Assembly: GCA_004376575.1 (NCBI GenBank)
Contig: SOJN01000148.1
Location: 2 to 64,001 of the forward strand
Source of the DNA: a candidate division TA06 bacterium
GTDB lineage: Bacteria; Hydrothermota; DG-26; E44-bin18
DNA: 64,000 nt
Direction: 5' to 3'
Shown: positions 61,501-64,000 of the stretch, one piece after another
How the letters are laid out: every line of letters begins with the position of its first letter
How positions within the stretch are numbered: position 1 is the first letter of the stretch
The notes under the pieces: generated by a model
Told to the model about the DNA's origin: nothing
Databases searched by the model: none
What the model saw: the letters and a program-made list of their open reading frames with translations, nothing else
Program-made: the position numbers and the translations under genes

Positions 61501-63334
61501 TTCCCATGACTTCGGCTCAGTTCCTATCGGTGATTCGCTTGACTGGGAATATCTCGTCATCAGGAACGTGGGGGTTGACACGCTGTTTATCGACAGTCTC
61601 CTGTCCGATACCGCTGTTTATGCGGTGACGGAACCAACATTCCCCGATACAATACTCTCAGACGACTCAACGCTTGTGACCATAAGGTTCAAGCCTCTTG
61701 TCCCTGATACTGTATCGGGAACACTGAAAGTGTACTCAAATGACCCGGATGAACCTATGTTGAACATTTCGCTGACTGGTGCAGGGATAGCTTCAACGCC
61801 GCCGGACTCCTTCAGTCTCATTTCACCGCCAGATTCCGCGGTACTCGCAATCACGAGACCGACATTTATCTGGGGGGCCTCAGACGACACTCTGGAAGGG
61901 CTCAAAGATTATCATGTTTATATAGATCTTACCCTCAGGGACAGTACAGAGGACACCTCATGGACTTCAGATTTTGATCTGGCCGAAGCATGGCACGACT
62001 GGTACATAGTCGCCTATGACAGCGTGGGGAATCCGCAACAATCATCTGAGACCTGGGCTCTACTCATTGACACCACGGCTCCCTCAATTGTCACCTTGAT
62101 TTCACCCCCTGACAGTTCATATCTGAATGACACGACCGTCAACTTCGCGTGGCATCAGTCAACGGACAATCTCAGTGGTATCGACCACTATATGCTTCAG
62201 CATACCCCGGACAGCAGTTTCTCATCTGGTGTGATTGGAACAACTTCAATTGACACTGTGTTCACCCATTCATTGTCTGATTCTATTTACTACTGGAGAG
62301 CGAGGGCAGTTGACAAGGCTACTAATCAGGGCAACTGGTCGGATGTTTGGAATTTCACCATTGATACCGAAGTTCCCGACGCACCAACGCTCATTTCACC
62401 GACAAACGGGATATTCCTGAGTGACACTCTTGTCATATTCGAATGGAGCGAAGTGACAAGTCTTGCACTTTCCACTGCTCACGACCGAGACAAAAATAGA
62501 GGAGGTTCTCCGTTAATCTTACGATCCGCAATTACATATGTTTTTCAGGTAGATACACTCCTCGATTTTGTCTCTCCCCTACTTGTCGATACACTCGATA
62601 CGACCTCAACCACCTTATTCCTGTACGAGGACTTTCCATTTTGCTGGCGAGTGAAGGCCTATGATCCAGCGAATAATCAGGGGCCGTATGCTGATCCGGA
62701 TAGCTTCGGAGTCGATATCACCCCGCCAGTCATCGGATCTACCACTGTACTTGTTGACACCTCTTTCGTCGGACCGTTCGAAATCTTGACAAAAGCGACG
62801 GACAGCCTTGCAGGAGTAGATTCAGTCGTGCTCTGTTACAAAAGAGACGAGGACCCTGATTGGGTCTCTGTTGTAATGAGCCCGGCTGGTGCACCTGACT
62901 GGTATGTGGATTCAATACCGGCAGTCTCCAATGTGAACGACACGGTTCGGTATTATGTTGGTGCGTTCGATGCCGCTCAACCTCCAAATTCAGCAACAGA
63001 CCCGGAAGGCGCACCGGCTGAATACCATGTGTTCATTGGCAATTTTGTCGGTGTAGCGGAAGCGAAACATTTGCCTGGAGACTTCTTTTTCGGTCTGGAG
63101 AGAAATCCTGCCAGAAACAGAGTGTCCTTCCATCTGGAAATCCCAGAACCCGCTCTAATCTCTTTGGAGATTTACGATGTCTCAGGTAGGCTCATTGATA
63201 CTCCTATGAGGGGCGTAAGGCCTGCTGGGCTCTATGAAATAACCTGGGGCTCAGGCGTCACCTCGGGGGTTTACTTCTATTCCCTCGAATCCCCCTGGGG
63301 AAAGAGAACAGGGAAACTGGTCTTGATACGTTAG
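58508..63334 (+). CDS. Large secreted protein: 2x(IPT/TIG + 7 FG-GAP-like repeats + choice-of-anchor D/Ig), FN3-like domains, T9SS-like C-terminal domain
   Basis: Signal peptide MNKKCLL..AMA-Q after GGAGGAG; 14 GDxxxDGxxExY motifs; C-terminal IYDVSGRLI..SGVYFY..GKLVLIR. Confidence 0.85.
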   Translation: MNKKCLLIAMAILFTFGYAMAQVPKVSHIYPDAGINTQSVDAKIYGANFQTDPINAVKLVRPGYPDIDGTSINIVSEEYLTCSFDLTGDSTGLHDLTVSNSSGEDTLPRCFTVYTPSGSSLVWARTVIDSGAPASYYIAMGDADGDHEIELYGAKGWSIYQYKWDGMGWSKTTIGAGSDYVIEIALGDVNRDGKIEIYVACLDDTLYMFEWNGVSWIRTPIWASSGGIRGVTIGDADGDGENELYTAARDSIFEFEWNGVAWQWSTVGACSLSFLGFRTALAVGDGNDDGEIELYGCAVDSTIQFKWDGVSWVESAVGRHTGFAVALGDGNRDGDMETYAGGDSIHQFKWDGVNWTKTPMGSVGFQAVRFAVADGNGDAEIEVYVTSAMDPGFAVIHELCQYEWTGASWTETTIYSIPSVEIPGLAVGDGNYDGEMEVYVATENGDLYQFKAAFIPDIEVSDTEHDFGPVPIGDSLDWEYLIIRNVGVDTLFIDSILSDTADYGVLASLFSDTILADDSMLVTVRFKPSAVDTIAGTLSIFSDDPDEAVLNVSLTGVGIIPPKVSHIYPDAGINTSTVDAKIYGAKFQTDPVNAVKLVRPGSPDIDGTSITVVSDEYLTCSFNLTGNSTGLYGLVVSNSFGNDTLPGCFTICSPSVSPYIWERTTVYSGGGSIAGLVVGDADNDGDIEMYRASGSSLFRFEWDGFMWVMTFLGGDASGMFDIVLGDGNGDDELEIYGACYDDSVYQFKWNGFDFTKTAVGAVNSSIRSLALGDGNRDGELEIYASDLDSIYQFRWDGISWTRTTVGACSLASMSLRRVLIAGDGNDDGEIELYTYSSDSIYQFKWDGISWTESAIAENVGFALAVGDGDQDGETEIYAGGGSIHQFKWNGTSWGQTIIGSINGAVSGLVVGDGNGDGEMEIYATVGMELGYPPDMGIHYFKWDGIQWAKTTISNYELYEPAVGDGNYDGEMEVYAATGGGDVYQFKPAFIPDIELAETSHDFGSVPIGDSLDWEYLVIRNVGVDTLFIDSLLSDTAVYAVTEPTFPDTILSDDSTLVTIRFKPLVPDTVSGTLKVYSNDPDEPMLNISLTGAGIASTPPDSFSLISPPDSAVLAITRPTFIWGASDDTLEGLKDYHVYIDLTLRDSTEDTSWTSDFDLAEAWHDWYIVAYDSVGNPQQSSETWALLIDTTAPSIVTLISPPDSSYLNDTTVNFAWHQSTDNLSGIDHYMLQHTPDSSFSSGVIGTTSIDTVFTHSLSDSIYYWRARAVDKATNQGNWSDVWNFTIDTEVPDAPTLISPTNGIFLSDTLVIFEWSEVTSLALSTAHDRDKNRGGSPLILRSAITYVFQVDTLLDFVSPLLVDTLDTTSTTLFLYEDFPFCWRVKAYDPANNQGPYADPDSFGVDITPPVIGSTTVLVDTSFVGPFEILTKATDSLAGVDSVVLCYKRDEDPDWVSVVMSPAGAPDWYVDSIPAVSNVNDTVRYYVGAFDAAQPPNSATDPEGAPAEYHVFIGNFVGVAEAKHLPGDFFFGLERNPARNRVSFHLEIPEPALISLEIYDVSGRLIDTPMRGVRPAGLYEITWGSGVTSGVYFYSLESPWGKRTGKLVLIR

Positions 63335-63353
63335 TATTTCACCAAGGAGCTAC

Positions 63354-63809
63354 ATGATGGATAAGAATGCGCTTGTTGGCAGATGTGGCCTGTATTGCGG
63401 TGCGTGTGTCATATACAGAGCAGAAAGAGACGACCCTGAATGGCAGAAGCGGCTAGCTGAGCACTTCAAGTGCCCACCTGAGAAGGTGAGCTGCCAGGGG
63501 TGCGGCGCGCTCACTCCGAATTGCTGGGGTAATGACTGCGAGATGGTCAAATGCCTGGATGAAAGAGGTTACCAGTTTTGCTACGAGTGCTCGGAATACG
63601 AGGCTAAGACCTGTGATAAGTTTGAGGAGATTTGGAAGCGTTACTCCGAGGAAGACTCCGTGGATCTGAGAAAGAATCTATCAAGGATAAAAGAAGGCAA
63701 GGTGGAAGAGTGGCTCAAGGAGAGCGAAAAGCTTTACACTTGCCCACACTGTGGCAAGCCAATAACGACCGGTGCAAAGAAGTGCCATCACTGTAAACAA
63801 CAGTTGTAA
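63354..63809 (+). CDS. DUF3795 Cys-rich protein with C-terminal zinc ribbon
   Basis: CGLYCGAC, CQGC, C..C, FCYECSEY..C, CPHCG..CHHC. Confidence 0.85.
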   Translation: MMDKNALVGRCGLYCGACVIYRAERDDPEWQKRLAEHFKCPPEKVSCQGCGALTPNCWGNDCEMVKCLDERGYQFCYECSEYEAKTCDKFEEIWKRYSEEDSVDLRKNLSRIKEGKVEEWLKESEKLYTCPHCGKPITTGAKKCHHCKQQL

Positions 63810-63914
63810 GATGCAAGACAAATGAAGCTGTCAGCCGTCAGCTAAGCCAAAAAACAAGGCCACAATCAAGCAATCAGTTCTTCCATTTTGCCCTTCGGGC
63901 TTTGTAATCGTGTT

Positions 63915-63971
63915 GTCATTCTGAGGCGCCCGACGAAGCCACGAAGGGCGTAGTCGTGGCGCCGAAGAATC
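63915..63971 (+). repeat. REP-like palindrome gtcattctgag...cgaagaatc with inner hairpin
   Basis: Same arms as outer element at 21511-21660 in opposite orientation. Confidence 0.75.
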
Positions 63972-64000
63972 CGCTTGCGCCAAGTTCATCCTTCTAGTAG

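Overview
Window from a diderm, LPS-producing anaerobic bacterium. An FCB-group candidate lineage such as TA06/WOR-3 is an inference from the kds/lpt genes, Wzi, a DGGGPS-like UbiA and a T9SS-like C-terminal sorting domain. Positions 1-29.8 kb are an anaerobic aromatic-acid/peptide catabolism island. It contains a radical 2-hydroxyacyl-CoA-dehydratase-family subunit with its activase, ADP- and AMP-forming CoA ligases, the ring-cleaving hydrolase Oah/BamA with beta-oxidation genes, and an ATP-dependent class I benzoyl-CoA reductase of the Bzd type (bzdNOPQ-M-V) headed by an HTH-GNAT fusion. Two peptidases and a methyltransferase-rsgA operon are interleaved. That operon has a leader with a uORF and a three-way GGCGUGAC/GUCACGCC pairing switch, probably a ribosome-stalling attenuator. 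Positions 30.5-33.8 kb encode an archaeal/eukaryote-type PheRS with a zinc-ribbon insertion. Positions 33.8-55.7 kb are a minus-strand housekeeping block (murJ, scpB, cofE-like, rluB, cmk, plsC, ispH, rpsA, kdsB, pyrG, kdsA/C/D, lipid A acyltransferase, lptCAB, rpoN, wzi, DGGGPS-like, uppP, hpf, hprK). The window ends with rpsT, a TMEM260/DUF2723 glycosyltransferase divergent from a ~1600-aa IPT/FG-GAP surface protein, and a DUF3795 gene. Intergenic regions hold several families of short palindromic repeats that appear to insert into each other. No tRNA, rRNA, CRISPR array or transposase was seen. All calls are from motif recognition by eye; no searches were run.
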